Origin: the human T2T-CHM13v2.0 reference genome, Homo sapiens
DNA length: 64,000 nt
Assembly: GCF_009914755.1 (NCBI RefSeq)
Contig: NC_060938.1
Direction: 5' to 3' (one strand)
Position numbers and translations under genes: made by a program. Below, piece by piece: positions 1 through 14,160 of the stretch (the first letter of the stretch is position 1; every line of letters begins with the position of its first letter). The notes under the pieces are model-generated. The model was given only the letters and a program-made list of their open reading frames with translations. It did not search any database and was not told where the DNA came from.

Positions 1-177
1 CCCTCAGCGTGGGATCTACTCCCAGATCAGTTTCCAGTTCTTGAGGCAAAATATCAGGAGAAACCTGAGATTCCTCCTTCTCCATCCCAGCTACAGCTAA
101 GTCCTTCGCTTTCCTTCTGTGGGTCACCACGGGGTGCCGTTGTCATATACCCATGGAGGCCAGCAAGCTGATCTGGC

Positions 178-449
178 CAACCTGGGAGAAGACCCCAGGT
201 TGATGACCCCTGGTTTAGGAGTGCATATGGCAGGATGCTTGAGGGATCACTGGGCCCAAAATCGTATTTGCTGTGTCTGGATGTAATGCCTCCCACCTGT
301 TCAAGACCCACCTGTTCAACCCTGGGGAGAAGACCCCAGGTTGGTGACCCCTGGTTTAGGACCACATATGGCAGGATGCTTGAGGGATCACTGGGCCCAA
401 AATCGTATTTGCTGTGTCTGGATGTAATGCCTCCCACCTGTTCAAGACC
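178..449. repeat. Two-copy tandem duplication, period about 141 bp
   Basis: About 178-309 and 317-449 are near-identical (CAGGATGCTTGAGGGATCACTGGGCCC...CCCACCTGTTCAAGACC twice); explains the internally repeated ORFs at 54-437 and 235-615. Confidence 0.95.
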
Positions 450-748
450 ACGTCAGAATGACTCAGAGACCTGCCTGTTAAGAAGGGAAAATTATCCGCT
501 GGACAAAAGCCAGTCAAAAAGCAGGCTCACCCTGCAGTCTGGAAGCCAGTTGAGCAGCGAGGACAGGCCAAAAAGGTGGGAGGGGGCCAGTGAGAGTCTC
601 TCAGCCTGGAAGTAAAGAGCTGAAGACTTTACCTTTCCTTCTGCCTGCTGTCCTCTTCCCAGTGACAGCCAGTTTTTAATAAGGAAAAGGAGGAGGCTTT
701 GAATTGCTACCTAATATTTGTTTAAGTAGTAATTTGTTGAGATTTCTC

Positions 749-1036
749 TGTTTTGTTTTGTTTTGTTTTGTTTTTTGAGACGGAGTCTCATGCTGTCGCC
801 CAGGCTGGAGTGTAGTGGTGCAGTCGGCTTACTACAACCTCCGCCTCCCAGGTTCAAGCACTTCTCCTGCCTTAGTCATCCAAGTAGCTGGGACTACAGG
901 CACCTGCCACCATGCCCAGCTAATTTTTGTATTTTTAGTAAAGACAGGGTTTCACCATGTTGGCCAGGCTGGTCTCGAACTCCTGACCTCAGGCAATCCA
1001 CCTGCCTTGGCCTCCCAAAGTGCTGGGATTACAGGC
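749..1036 (-). mobile_element. AluS (Sx/Sz-like) with (TTTTG)n tail, slightly 5'-truncated
   Basis: Reverse-complement Alu consensus GAGACGGAGTCTC...GGGATTACAGGC. Confidence 0.93.
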
Positions 1037-1367
1037 AAAAAGATGTGATTTTTTTTTTTTTTTAACAGTATCAGTGGGTGAAAGACCCTGAACCTTTCCT
1101 CTAAGGCAGTGTTTGTAAACTGCCTATATGATGTCTGGTACTAGATTGTGATGATGTTTTCAAGGGCCACAAAACAATTGAGGAAAAATTTAAAACATAC
1201 TGAATATACATGTGTGGGTGTTTATGTATTATGATGTGTATTTGAATACAACTATCAACGAATAAGCATTCATTAGACCCCAACTCTGTACCAGATGTTT
1301 GTTTACTCCATGCCAGGGATAGAACTAACAGGGTCCCTGCTCTCTTGGAGCTACAGTTTAGTGGGCA

Positions 1368-1891
1368 TTATGGGTTGAATTATGTTCTCTCAAAAATTCA
1401 TATATTGAAGTTCTAAACACTAGAACTCCAAAATGTGACCTTATTTGGAAATAGAGTCATTGCAGATGTAATTAGTTAAGGTGAGATAATTAGGGTGGGC
1501 CCTAATCTGGTATGACTGGTAGTCTTATTAAAGGGAAATTTGGGCCAGTCATCGTGGTTCACACCTGTAATCCCAGCACTTTGGGAGGCCAAGGCAGGAG
1601 GATCACTTCAGCCCAGAAGTTAGAGACCAGCCTGAGTAACATAAGGAGACCCTGTCTCTACAAAAAATTTAAAAATTAGCCAGCATGGTGGTACATGCCT
1701 GTGGTCCCAGCCACTTGGGAAGATCGGGAGAGGCCTGGGACAGATTCTCCCTCACAGCCCTCAGGAAGAACCAACCCGTTCGACACCTGGATCTTAGCTG
1801 TCTGGCCTCCAGAACCATGGACAATAAATTGCTGTTGTCTAAGCCACCCAGTTTGTGATACCTTGTCATGGAAGTCATAGCAAACTAATAT
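1368..1891 (+). mobile_element. MLT1B-like MaLR LTR interrupted by a 3'-truncated AluJ (about 1543-1725), nested in an L2 fragment
   Basis: GTGACCTTATTTGGAAATAG...GGGTGGGCCCTAAT at the 5' end; CCCTCACAGCCCTCAG...AATAAA...CTAATA at the 3' end; Alu left arm plus part of the right arm in between. Confidence 0.8.
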
Positions 1892-2078
1892 AGAAGAGGA
1901 AACAGACATCGATCAAATAATTACATTGTGGCTAATTCCAAACTGAGATAAATGCTTCAAGGAGAAAGAACCTTGTTCTCTTGACGTTGAAAGCCAAAGG
2001 ACCTTGAGCCAGTCTGGAGGGCAATGAAGGCCTTCCCGAGGGAGTTAGGGCTGAAGGATGTGTCAGAGTCAGCTAGAG

Positions 2079-2594
2079 CTGTGTTCCCCAGCCTTTTTGG
2101 CACCAGGGACCAGTTTCATGGAAGACAGTTTTTCCACGGACCAGGGTTGTGGGGGATGGTTTCAGGATGATTCAAGTGCATTACATTTATTGTGTACTTT
2201 ATTTCTATTATTACATTATAACATATAAGGAAATAATTATACAACTCACCACAATGTAGAATTAGTGGGAGCCCTGAGCTTGTTTTCCTGTAACTAGACA
2301 GTCGCACCTGGGGGCTGATGGGAGACAGGAACAGAACATCAGGCATTAGATTCTCATAAGGAGCGTGCAACCTACCTGGCATGCACAGTTCACAATAGGG
2401 TTCATGCTCCTGTGAGAATCTAATGCCACTGCTGATCTGACAGGAGGCAGAGCTCAGGCAGTAATGTGAGTGATGGGGAGGGGCTGTAAATACAGATGAA
2501 GCTTCACTTGCTCACCCGCCACTCACCTCCTGTTGTGAGGCCTGGTTCCTAACAGGCCAGGGACCATTACCTGTTGGGAGGCTGAGGACCCCTG
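2079..2594 (+). mobile_element. MER1A (hAT-Charlie) non-autonomous DNA transposon, full length
   Basis: CCCCAGCCTTTTTGGCACCAGGGAC...GGACCCCTG termini; perfect 8-bp target-site duplication (TSD) AGCTAGAG at 2071-2078 and 2595-2602. Confidence 0.9.
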
Positions 2595-3276
2595 AGCTAG
2601 AGGAAGAGGTGGGAGGAGGAAGGGAAGGCACGACAGGCCCAGGGAGTAGCAGATGCAAAGATCCTGTGGTGCAATGGAGACTGTTGCATTCTGGGAAGGG
2701 AAAGGCAGTCCCAAGGCAGGAGAGGTGGGGGAAGAAGAAGAGGGTGTTGGGATGGATGCAACCAGAGCACCCCAAACCAGAAAGATGTTTACTCCATTAC
2801 CTTCAACTGAATTACAGTGGGGTGAGGGCACCTATTTTGCTTTCTGCCCTCACTTCCGGGAAATGCGCATCCTGGATCACAGAAAAGCTGCTGGGCAGAG
2901 GTCCCAGTCTCTCAGTGAGGCCTCACCAGACTAGTAGAGTTGTCCAGCCACAATGCCCTCCTCATTTCCCCTTCTGTCCAACAAGCTGTCTATCGGAAGA
3001 TCCCAGCCTAAAAGCACCAGAAGACATTTTGAGTTTCTCTAAGGCCTAAAATTTAAAAGCTGATAAGTAACACAAGGATTCCAAGTTACTGCTGTCTCTC
3101 CCAGCCACGCAGATGACTGGGTTAGACACTTGGCTGGTATGAGGTCCCTGAAACATGGGCTCTGTGAGTAGCCAATGTGTATTAATATTAATGCTTATGA
3201 TATGTCAGGCACTCTGCATGGGTTCATTACCCCTCACAGTCAAGATGATGGGTCCCATTATTACTGTCCTGTTTTC

Positions 3277-3535
3277 TTTATTTTTGAGACGGAGTTTCGC
3301 TCTTGTTTCCCAGGCTGCAGTGCAGTGGCACGATCTCGGCTCACTACAACCTCCACCTCGCGGGTTGAAGCAATTCTCCCTGCCTCAGCCTCCCAAGTAG
3401 CTGGGATTACAAGTGCCCGCCACCACACCAAGCTAATTTTTGTGTTTTTAGTAGAGTCAGGGTTTCACCATGTTGGCCAGGCTGGTCTCAAAATCATGAC
3501 CTCAGGTGATCCACCCACCTCGGCCTCCCGCAGTG
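3277..3535 (-). mobile_element. AluS, 5'-truncated, inserted in a MIR
   Basis: Alu reverse complement; degenerate TSD TACTGTCCTGTTTTC / TACTGTTCTCTTTTC. Confidence 0.9.
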
Positions 3536-6500
3536 TACTGTTCTCTTTTCATATGAGGAAATAAACGCACAGGGCCAGCAGATGACTTGCTAACAACCAG
3601 ATCATTTCAGCAAAACCATGAACCAGGCATTGTGAAGAGAGTTTTGTATACCTGGCCTTATTATTAACTAGACAGCACTTCACCCTAGTTGACGTATGAA
3701 GAAATGGAGATCAGGGCAGGTGGTGGGTAAGGGACCTGCCCAGGTTCCCACCGTTTGTAAGTGATGTACCATGAGTTGCTCTCAAGTGTGTCTGACTTTA
3801 TAAATGCTGCACCTTATCATTTCCTATGCTTGGTAAGCAAGTGAGTGTGAAATTTGCCACGCTTTTCCTTGGAAAAACTCAAGCCCATTGACCAAACAAT
3901 ACTACTTGAAAATGACACTGAACTTTTCATCACTGTGTTTCTCCACCTGTGTTCCCTTCTGTCTTACTGCCACCTACTGATTGTGCTCACCCTCCAAAGC
4001 CCAGTTTAACATTTCCTCTTAGTTAAGCTTTCTCTGCTAGCTGATCATTGCATTTTTTTTCAATTAAGGCATAAAAGAAAAAGACGGTAAAGATTGTCCT
4101 ACTTAGAATATCCTTCCATTCATTTGCAAAATGGAGATAATAATATGCTATTTACAACATAGGATTAGTATAGCAGGATTATTCCAGAGCCTGGAATATA
4201 GAAAGTACTCAGTAAATTATTAGTTCAACAGCTAATAATAGTACCAATTATTATTATCACTAAATTAATGCCTCTGTTTCAGGAAAAAAACTGAATACAT
4301 ACAGAATATCGGTTTTCTAATTGTTTTTTCTTTATACTACTTGGAAAGTTATACAGAGTTAAGAGACACAGAATAGTATAGTGGAAATAATATTTGGCAT
4401 GAAATTGCCTGGATTCCATCAGTAGTAGCCTGTGGTCTTGAGCCTCTCTGGGCCTAATCTTTAAAATGGATATAATAATTATCATATTGGACACAATTAT
4501 TGTCAAGATAACATGCGATAACAGGGTCAAGTGCCCAGCTCTGGCCTGGTACACCATGGGCACTCAGGAAATGTCACTCCGCCTTCATAAGCATTGGCCT
4601 GTGCATGACATCTATGTGATAAGGTGGCCTGAAGCTGTCCTCCCCACCCAGAGGTGCAGCAGAGGCCTGGCAGGAATGTGAAAATCCAATGGATCAAGTC
4701 ATAACCTTGACTGAAGAGTATGGTGAGTTCACTCATGGCAGGAACCATCTGATCATTCATACGGCTCCAGAAACATTTTACTCAAAAGAAAGTGTCTTTC
4801 CCCAACAGTCAAGATTGATAATTAGTTTATGAATTGCTTCATTTATCAGTACTATGATGTACTGTATAATCCACCAGGTTTCAAGTTACTGGAATTTTGC
4901 AGGTGATGGGAACCAGTCTTTTTATCAACTTTGCATAATCTGATCTGGGCTCAGATTGATAGAATGCTTTGGGAAGAATCAGGGGAGTGTTTTATACTAG
5001 GATCTCCTGCGGTTCTGATGCGTTAATGGGAGGAAGCTATCCCTGTCAAATTCTACAATTTTGGAGGAGCTTAAAACACCTGAAGACAAAGCCCTGAATT
5101 TTATGAGTGTCTGCCTGAAACCAGAAACAGAAACCCCTTACAGCTTACTCAACAGAGTTAATTCAGCATGGAAAGGCACCAGGAAAAGATCACTGCGTCT
5201 TACTCCCACCAAGTAAACAAGCTAACAAACACAGAGGAGAGGTGCAGGTTGGCACCCTTAGGCCGGACTCTGGGTGGACAGCCCTGTCAGAGTCTATAAA
5301 GGGTCGCTCTGAGGCTCCAGGAGTGGCAGATGGCCAGAGAGTGGCCAACTGGAGGCACACTATTGAGCCTCAGGATTGAGCCTCCCACTGTTTACCCCTC
5401 AGGAAAAAGAGAGCTTTGAGTCTCCTGGCCCTTTCCCCAGAGAGCAGGAAATGGCCAGGGCTTGAGGATAGCCAGAGGCCGTCCAAAGTTACCCATACCA
5501 TCTCCACTTTGGCCTCAGAGGCCAGCTCTTTCTTCTCTCTGTGCTTTTTAAAATAAAAACTTATTTTTCTAGTGTAAAAGTATTATATGAATGTTCTATG
5601 AACTTCAAATAATACAGAAATGTAAAGAATAGAAATTTCCCATTATTTGATGCCTCCCGCTCCCCAAAATAACCTAAAGTTAACAATTTAAATATATATC
5701 CAGAATTTTTCCTCTCCATATTTATATATATCTATACATATATAATTAATAGAACATAAATATTTTACAGTAACCCTGTTCTCAAGATGCTTTTCCACTG
5801 TAGATGTTTAATAAATATTTATTGCATGAATGAGCCATAATTTATTTATTCAGTCCTCTATTAGAGGCCTTTGGTTTGTTCCCAGTCATCTAATAAACAT
5901 GATTTTAGATATAAAAGACATAATTGAAATACATATAACACATACAGAAACATAACCCATAACTGCATATCATAAATATATCCTTAAATATACTAATAAA
6001 ACACGCATGCAATGGAGAGGTGTTTTGGGTGCCGTCTGGTGTATATCCTGGATATCCCTGGAACATATATTGATAAATCAGCCTCAAAAAGAATGCTTTC
6101 AGACAGTGTTTTAGGATCTGTGGGAACAAAGGGTGGCCATCCTGCATTTGTTATGTTGTTTCAACATAGCATTTGTTATGTTGTTTTATTAACTTTAAGT
6201 CCTTGGCAAAGCAGCTTGACTAAGATAAGATCCAGAAACCAGTCGTGGTAACAAGGCAACAATTAATCTTAGATAGAACAGAAAAGGAATCCGCTTCAAA
6301 TTCTCTTTAGAACAGGAAGGAAAGGGTGATCGTGGGTTAGCAGGAAGGAAGGAAAGAGGCAAGAAAGGAAAGTGAAAAAAGAATGGAAATGCTTTCTCCT
6401 GCTGGTGATTTGGATGTTTGGACTACTCTTGTCAGATGCTACAGCGTAATCACTGTAAATGTTTTAAAGGACGCGATATTATGACAGATTTCCCTTTCTG

Positions 6501-7209
6501 ACTTGTTCCTGGGGCTGCACACACAATGATTTACTCCCTGCCACGGGCTGGAGGCTTGGCCACTCCTGGGTTGGTCCAAGGAAGCCTGGAATACCCAATG
6601 CCTGTGAGAGTGAGCACGTCCCCCTGTCTCTAGGTGTTGTTGCTTGTGCTGAAATGGAGTCTACCAAGCATTGCCATGGCATGGAAGGGATGGTGGCGGA
6701 GTAGATGCCACTGCAGATCGAGTGCAGTGTCCCAGGCAGCCAGGGGCAGCCGCTCAGCCCTTGCCTGGACCTGAGGACTGTTGCATCAGTCTCCAGATGA
6801 GACAGCAGCTGTCATGGTGGCTGAACCAGGGAAAAGAAACTCCACTCTGTGGTCTCCATGGGGCTAGGGAAAAAAGGAAATGGGTTTTTGTGATTTTCCC
6901 TTCTTTAGAAACAAAAGTGCTTAAATGTGATTCTTTAGCTCTGTAAATGCAAACCACGGCCTGGTGGACTGGGGAGAACAATTAGGCCAAAGGCTGAGCA
7001 CAGGAAGCCAAAAGCGGGTGGAAACCCAGACAACGGTGCTGAGCCGGGGGTTGGGGTGGTTGGGGGGAGCGGATATGATAGCAAGGAAGGAGTTTCAATG
7101 TGAATGAATACTAATTAGTGACATGGATATTAATGATGACAGTAATTAACAGGGGAAAGGAAGGGCTGTCATTGTCCCAGGGTGAGTAATCAATCTTGGC
7201 AGGTGATAA

Positions 7210-7610
<401 letters not shown>

Positions 7611-7767
7611 AGAACTATTTTTCTTTTGAGGAAAAAACAGATTAGAGTATCTCTCCCACCCCCAGCTTGGGACTACAGTTCTTATTTGATTTCTGCTTTG
7701 TTCTTCATTTCCTGGGACAAATGTTGAACTTGTATAACTTGGAGGAAAGGGACACACAGGCACATGT

Positions 7768-7780
7768 ACACACACACATA

Positions 7781-7821
<41 letters not shown>
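7768..7821. repeat. Compound (CA)n / (CT)n microsatellite
   Basis: ACACACACACA followed by a pure TC run of about 34 nt. Confidence 0.95.
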
Positions 7822-7823
<2 letters not shown>

Positions 7824-8900
7824 AGAATACGAATGAATACGAGTGTTTTTGATCTAAAGTTTGACTCACAGATGCTGTCCAGGAGTAGCAAGAGTGAGGA
7901 GAAGCCTAGAAGTGCTGCCTTTGAGGTTGGCGCGGGGAAACTGCAAAATTGCAAGGCTGTGTCGGCAGAACTGGGGCACACAGGAGGATGAGGATGGCCC
8001 TGGGGGTCCCACTGTGCAGGGTTACTTCACCTGCCATGGACCCAGAGAGAAACAAAATGTCTAGGCTTTCTGTCCTGTACCAGTCCCACTTCTGGCCACC
8101 AGTCACATATCTAAGAAAACTGATTTCTGGGAAGAGGGCAATCCTCATGAAGCCCCTCTGCTGGATCCCCAGGCCTTCAGCCAGGAATCCAGCCCAGGAG
8201 AGTTCTTGGCACATCCCCTCCCTCTCACCAAAGCCTCAGACCCACGGTAGGACTCTGATATCTAAAATGTCTCCCCTTGCAGGCTGTGTTCCATCAAACA
8301 ATTTAGAGGTGACAAAGCCACACCTTCAATGGTCTGCACTGGTTTAAAGTGAGATCTTTGGGTGGCAAAGGTAGATTGACCAGAAATTCAGAACCTTCCA
8401 GAAAACTGAACTCCTCTACTGCCATGTACACAGTGCTGCTCTCAGAACATTGTTTGCGGGTCACATTTTCAAAGAGAGGCAGACAGAAGGGAACATATTC
8501 AGAGGATTGGGAACATATGGTGAGGAACTCCAGGCCACACCCTGCAAGGAAGCAGCTGAGGGACCCAGGCCTGTTGCACTTGGAGGGAGGACGTCGCTGG
8601 TATGCCGCAGGACTGTCTGAATAGCTGAAGGGCTGTCGCACAGAGTGGTTAGGTTGGGGTTTGTTTTTCTATCATCAAATGGCAAAACTGAGGCCAAAGG
8701 GAGGAAGTCAGAGAGGGGCAAGTTTCTGTTCAGATAAATCAAGGCTGATTTAACTGGGTCAGGCTGGGTAGGGGGGAGTTTGTGAGTTTCCAGGTACTAG
8801 GGATTCTAAACACAGGTTACAGCACCTCTTGTCCAGGGTGTTGTGAATGGGACATGTATTGGCTGGGGTTGGAGTAGACAAGCTTTAAAAGTTCCTTCAG

Positions 8901-9637
<737 letters not shown>

Positions 9638-10091
9638 AATGCAGGGACACATTCATTCAGGATAGGCCTGTGCCGGAAGAGATGAGAGTTTTGCAAGAAC
9701 CTATGAGGTCACCTGTGTTGGTCAGCCCTTGTAATTGATGGTAGGGAGCTGATGAGGCCTCCTTCTTCAAGAAATGGTCTGGGGGCCAGGCATGATAAAG
9801 CTTCACCTAGCACGTCTCAGGGAAGTCCTCTATAGACACTTCCTAGAAACATGAATATAAGCTCATCCTGCATCATCAGAAGTGAGTGTTTTTTGGACAA
9901 GAATGGAATTGTAACTATGGAAGTGTACTGAAGAATGGAAAGGGTTGGTTAGGACAAAAAAAAGTGCCCATATTATCCTGCTCTACAGTGTGGACTGTTT
10001 GGAATTAGGATTCTCTTAGGTAAACATGTTTCTTCTGCCACAGTGTTAAACACCCAGGAGGTCTTCAGCTGAAATTGCTTTATCGTTGCAG

Positions 10092-10142
10092 GTACTGACA
10101 TTGTGCAGTGGCTTATGAAGAACCTTTCCATTGAGGACCCAG
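10092..10142 (+). CDS. RGS6: RGS6 coding exon (exon 4 by recalled numbering), DEP domain, 51 nt, phase 1-1
   Basis: ttgcag|GTACTGAC...GACCCAG|gtactt; translates (G)TDIVQWLMKNLSIEDP(V), matching the RGS6 DEP domain; frame continues into the next exon. Confidence 0.96.
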
Positions 10143-11857
10143 GTACTTGACCTTTGACCCCACCCTTATCTCCCCTGGTATCAGTAAACATCCCATAACC
10201 AAGTTCCAAACTAGATTCCCCTGCCCTCCTGAGAACTGGTCTTGTAAATGTGAATTCCAAGACGTGGAATCACTCTATTTACAAATAAAATTAATTTATT
10301 TTCTCCACTGAATATTTGTCTTTAAATTTAAATCATGCTTTGAGGAAATGAGCAACTTTTTAGAATGCCAAAGAGCCCAATACAATAATGTGTGAAATGA
10401 GTTGAATTCTCATTAGCTGCAGCAATTAAAGATAAGTTGTAGCACTGTCACTGAACAGCCTTCTAGAGCCAGCTCTTAAAATTAGATTGCCTGATCCACA
10501 ATTAAGATGTTTAATTATTTGCTAAGACTCCCTCTGTTTTCTGCTTCTGCAAGAAGTGAAGGAATGATTTTTTTTCAACTTTAATTGCGCATTTCAATTA
10601 GGAAGACCTTACCAGGAAAACAACAACAGAACCCTGGCCAATAAAACAATTTCCCAGTCTGTTCTCCCACCAGAAAATAGGCAGTAAAATTTATTTTCAC
10701 AGTGTAATTAGGAAATGGGGGGGGGTGTTCCAGAAAAATAAAAATTCAAGATAAGTAAAGCTTATTCCCATGTGCTGTCAGTTAATACTTTTCCGAATTT
10801 ATTACATACTCCTTTGCCTTGATTAACTGAGTATTCTTGATGCCTGAAGGTCACATTTATAAAGATCCACTAATACACTCTGATGTTCTTAATGGACATT
10901 GGCGTGATTAGACTTACCTGCCCCAAATTAAATGGCCCTGAACCACAATGCTTTTTGAAGATTTTTTTGAAGTGCCCATTCTGCATCCGTGACCTTCAGC
11001 TGTGATTCCCTGCTGGAATCGGTGTGTCAGCTTGGCACTCCTGTATTTTAACCCAACATTTCTAATCTGTTGACTGCAAAACAATACAGTTTCTATGCAG
11101 TTCAATTATATACAGTTGTTAGAACTCTGAGTGCCAGAAAAGCAGATCATTCATAGAAGTGGCCCGAGTCTTTTCACCCCCTTGATTAGTGGCTACTCTC
11201 ACAACTAGTGAAAATTCTTAATTCTAGTCAAGTTCTTGATTCACAGGGAAAAAACTATAAATGCTAACCCTTTGTAAAGGATAGAACCCAAAGCAACTCA
11301 CTATGTGTTGTCCCTGATGCAGCCTGTACTTCTGAGTGTCCGCTTGGAAAGCCTGGACTGGATCAGCATCTACCTGTTTAGTTACATTTATCTAAAGTCA
11401 GTATTTCTTGTGATTATAATGCTAAACTAAGGAACGTGTTTCCTCATGGCCACCTTTTCTCTTCCAAGAGCACTGGTTTCTTTGCCTCCTAAAATAATCG
11501 TTGTATTTCTGACATATATTTTATTATTACTATTATGAGAACCCTAAATTGGCGAGCAGTATGTGAGAATGAGCTTCAGGAATCCTCCAGCCCTGGCGTG
11601 AGAAGCTTCTGTGAAGGGTCCTGAATGATGAGAGTTATTTCTATGAAAATCTGTTATACTCTGATGCCCTTGGGAAGACATCATGGTATAGGGGCCTGTT
11701 TGGGCTTCTGAGAAGTGGCTGAGGAGAAGCTAAGAACCATTTGTCAGCTGGGAATAGTCTAAGGGGGGAGATGAGGCAAACCGAGGCCTTGGGAAACAGT
11801 CAGATCCAGCATCTGCCCCTCTCTCCCTTCTTTTTCCCATCAGTCGATTTCCTGTGG

Positions 11858-12159
11858 TTATTTTTTGGTTTTTGAGGCAAGGTCTCACTCTGTCACCCAG
11901 GCTAGAGTGCAGTGGCACGAGCATAGCTCACTGCAGCCTTGACCTCCCTGGCCCAAGCCATCTTCCACCTCAGTCTCCCGAGTAGCTGGGACTATAGGCT
12001 CCTAGCACCACATCCAGCTAATTTTTTGTTTTATTTTTTGTAGAGATGGGGATCTCACTGTGTTATCCAGGCTGGTCTTGAACTCCTGACCTCAAACAAT
12101 TCTTCTGCTTTGGCCTCCCACAGTGCTTGGATTACAGGTGTGAGACACTGCACCTGGCC
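11858..12159 (-). mobile_element. AluJ
   Basis: Diverged Alu reverse complement with J-type CATAGCTCACTGCAGCCTTGACC. Confidence 0.9.
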
Positions 12160-12360
12160 CCATTGGCCAACGTCTAAGCAAAAACATTTTTGCTCAGAGA
12201 ATGAAGTTAGAGTCTTAGCTCCAAGACTGGTGGCATGAAAGTCACCTTCCTACAGGATTTTGTTCTTTCTTCTCTGGGGAAGGAGCAACTGCTGATGATG
12301 AAACTTCTGTTCTAGCTGGACTCATGGTTCTTGAAGCATATAGACTTTAAAAAGCAAACC

Positions 12361-12675
<315 letters not shown>

Positions 12676-13032
12676 TAGCAAATTGGTCATCACTAAGCAA
12701 GTAAAATAAAACTCTATTCATTCCAATTCCACCAGTTACATGTATGTTTCTTTCAAAGGAGAATAGGTGGTTCTTGATACGCAAAACATTGCATTGTATT
12801 CAACTTCTTGAAAAGTTTGCAAGTAAAGCCAAAACAAACTACTTTAAAAAGTCAGAGCTCGTGAAATTAATAATTGCTAGAGGCTCCCTGAGCACATTAA
12901 CAATTTCCATGTCCAAAAATTAGTTTTAACCTGTAACAGTACTTTTGGATTTGTGAAAGATTGTGTGTGGTAGAAGCATTGAGGTTTGTTATTTTTTCTT
13001 AGCTCTGCTCAGGATAAATCTAAATTCTTAAC

Positions 13033-13148
13033 TTTTTTTTTTTTAATTGAGACAGGGTCTCGCTGTGTTGCTCAGGCTTGTCTCAAACTCCTGAGCTCAA
13101 GCGATCCGCCTGCCTCTGGATTACAGGCGTGAGCCACCATGCCCGACC
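13033..13148 (-). mobile_element. FLAM-like free left Alu monomer
   Basis: T-tract, GAGACAGGGTCTC...CTCCTGAGCTCAAGCGATCC...GTGAGCCACC. Confidence 0.8.
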
Positions 13149-13836
13149 TATATTCTCAACTTTCTATGTGCATCTATTTATGGCTGGTGCCAAAGGAACG
13201 AAGGAACAGATTGACTGTGGCAAAAATATAAGTATTTCTATCAGGTTAGCCTCTCTCTGTCACTGCCCACTTCAGTGTCCTTCCTCTAATTTTCAAAGGA
13301 AGTGAGGTTTTCCTCTCTGTCCATAAGAGAAGGGTGACACCCTTCTCATTCCTGATGGGACTGTCATATTGGGGAACGCACTGGGAGTCCTACGTCTCTA
13401 TGGGCAGCGAGGCTGCATTCTTACTGCTGGGGATGATGAAACTGGTATGAATCAGAGCTGCTAGCACTTACGGAGTATTTGACCTGTACCAGACAATCAC
13501 TTCATGTGAAATATCTCACTTAGTTAAATACAGGTTCTTCTATGCCAGAACTTATGCCCTTGACCCTGAAGCCAGACTTTCTTCTGAAGGTCAGGGTGAG
13601 GAGGGGTTAAGCCATGTCAGACTCTCAGAGGTGGGATTCAGACAAGTCCCAGACACATAGTTGCCCTTTCCAGCCATTGGCATCTCCCCTCCTCACCCCC
13701 ACACTGAGCAAGGGCAATTGTATCATCAACACAGACATCTGGGGGTGATGACAGTTGACTTCTGGTCTCCCAGCTTAATTTTCAGCCAAATAACCTGCTT
13801 TCTAATTCCTTCTCTCTCTATGCACTGTTCTTACAG

Positions 13837-13943
13837 TTGAAGCAATACACTTGGGGAGCCTTATCGCTGCCCAGGGCTACATCTTTCCAATCTCAGACCA
13901 TGTTCTCACCATGAAGGATGATGGCACCTTTTATCGTTTCCAG
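13837..13943 (+). CDS. RGS6: RGS6 exon 5, DEP domain, 107 nt
   Basis: Polypyrimidine tract + ttacag|TTGAAGCA...TTCCAG|gtaagc; (V)[35 protein letters not shown]. Confidence 0.97.
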
Positions 13944-14160
13944 GTAAGCCTGCTGGCTCCTCCTCCTGAAGAACCTTTTCTTCACAACATCATCTGATCT
14001 TAGGTTAGAACTACAAAGAAAACCTAGGGATATCTGAGGGAGTAGCCCTCACTCCTCATCAGCACTGGGAAAGCCAAGAGAACTTTTCTCTGGGCCACTG
14101 GGTGACCCACTTAGAGAATAGTAAAAGGCTGTCATTGAGAGCCTACCATGCCCTGGGCAC

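Noticed and set aside
54-615. 127-aa and 126-aa ORFs with internal 47-aa repeats
   Set aside because: By-product of the 141-bp duplication (a multiple of 3); open on both strands with no recognisable domain or gene structure
5290-5305. TATA-like CTATAAAGGG as a possible short-isoform promoter (also GCTATAAAA near 34275)
   Set aside because: Isolated motifs expected by chance in 64 kb; no CpG island or other supporting promoter structure
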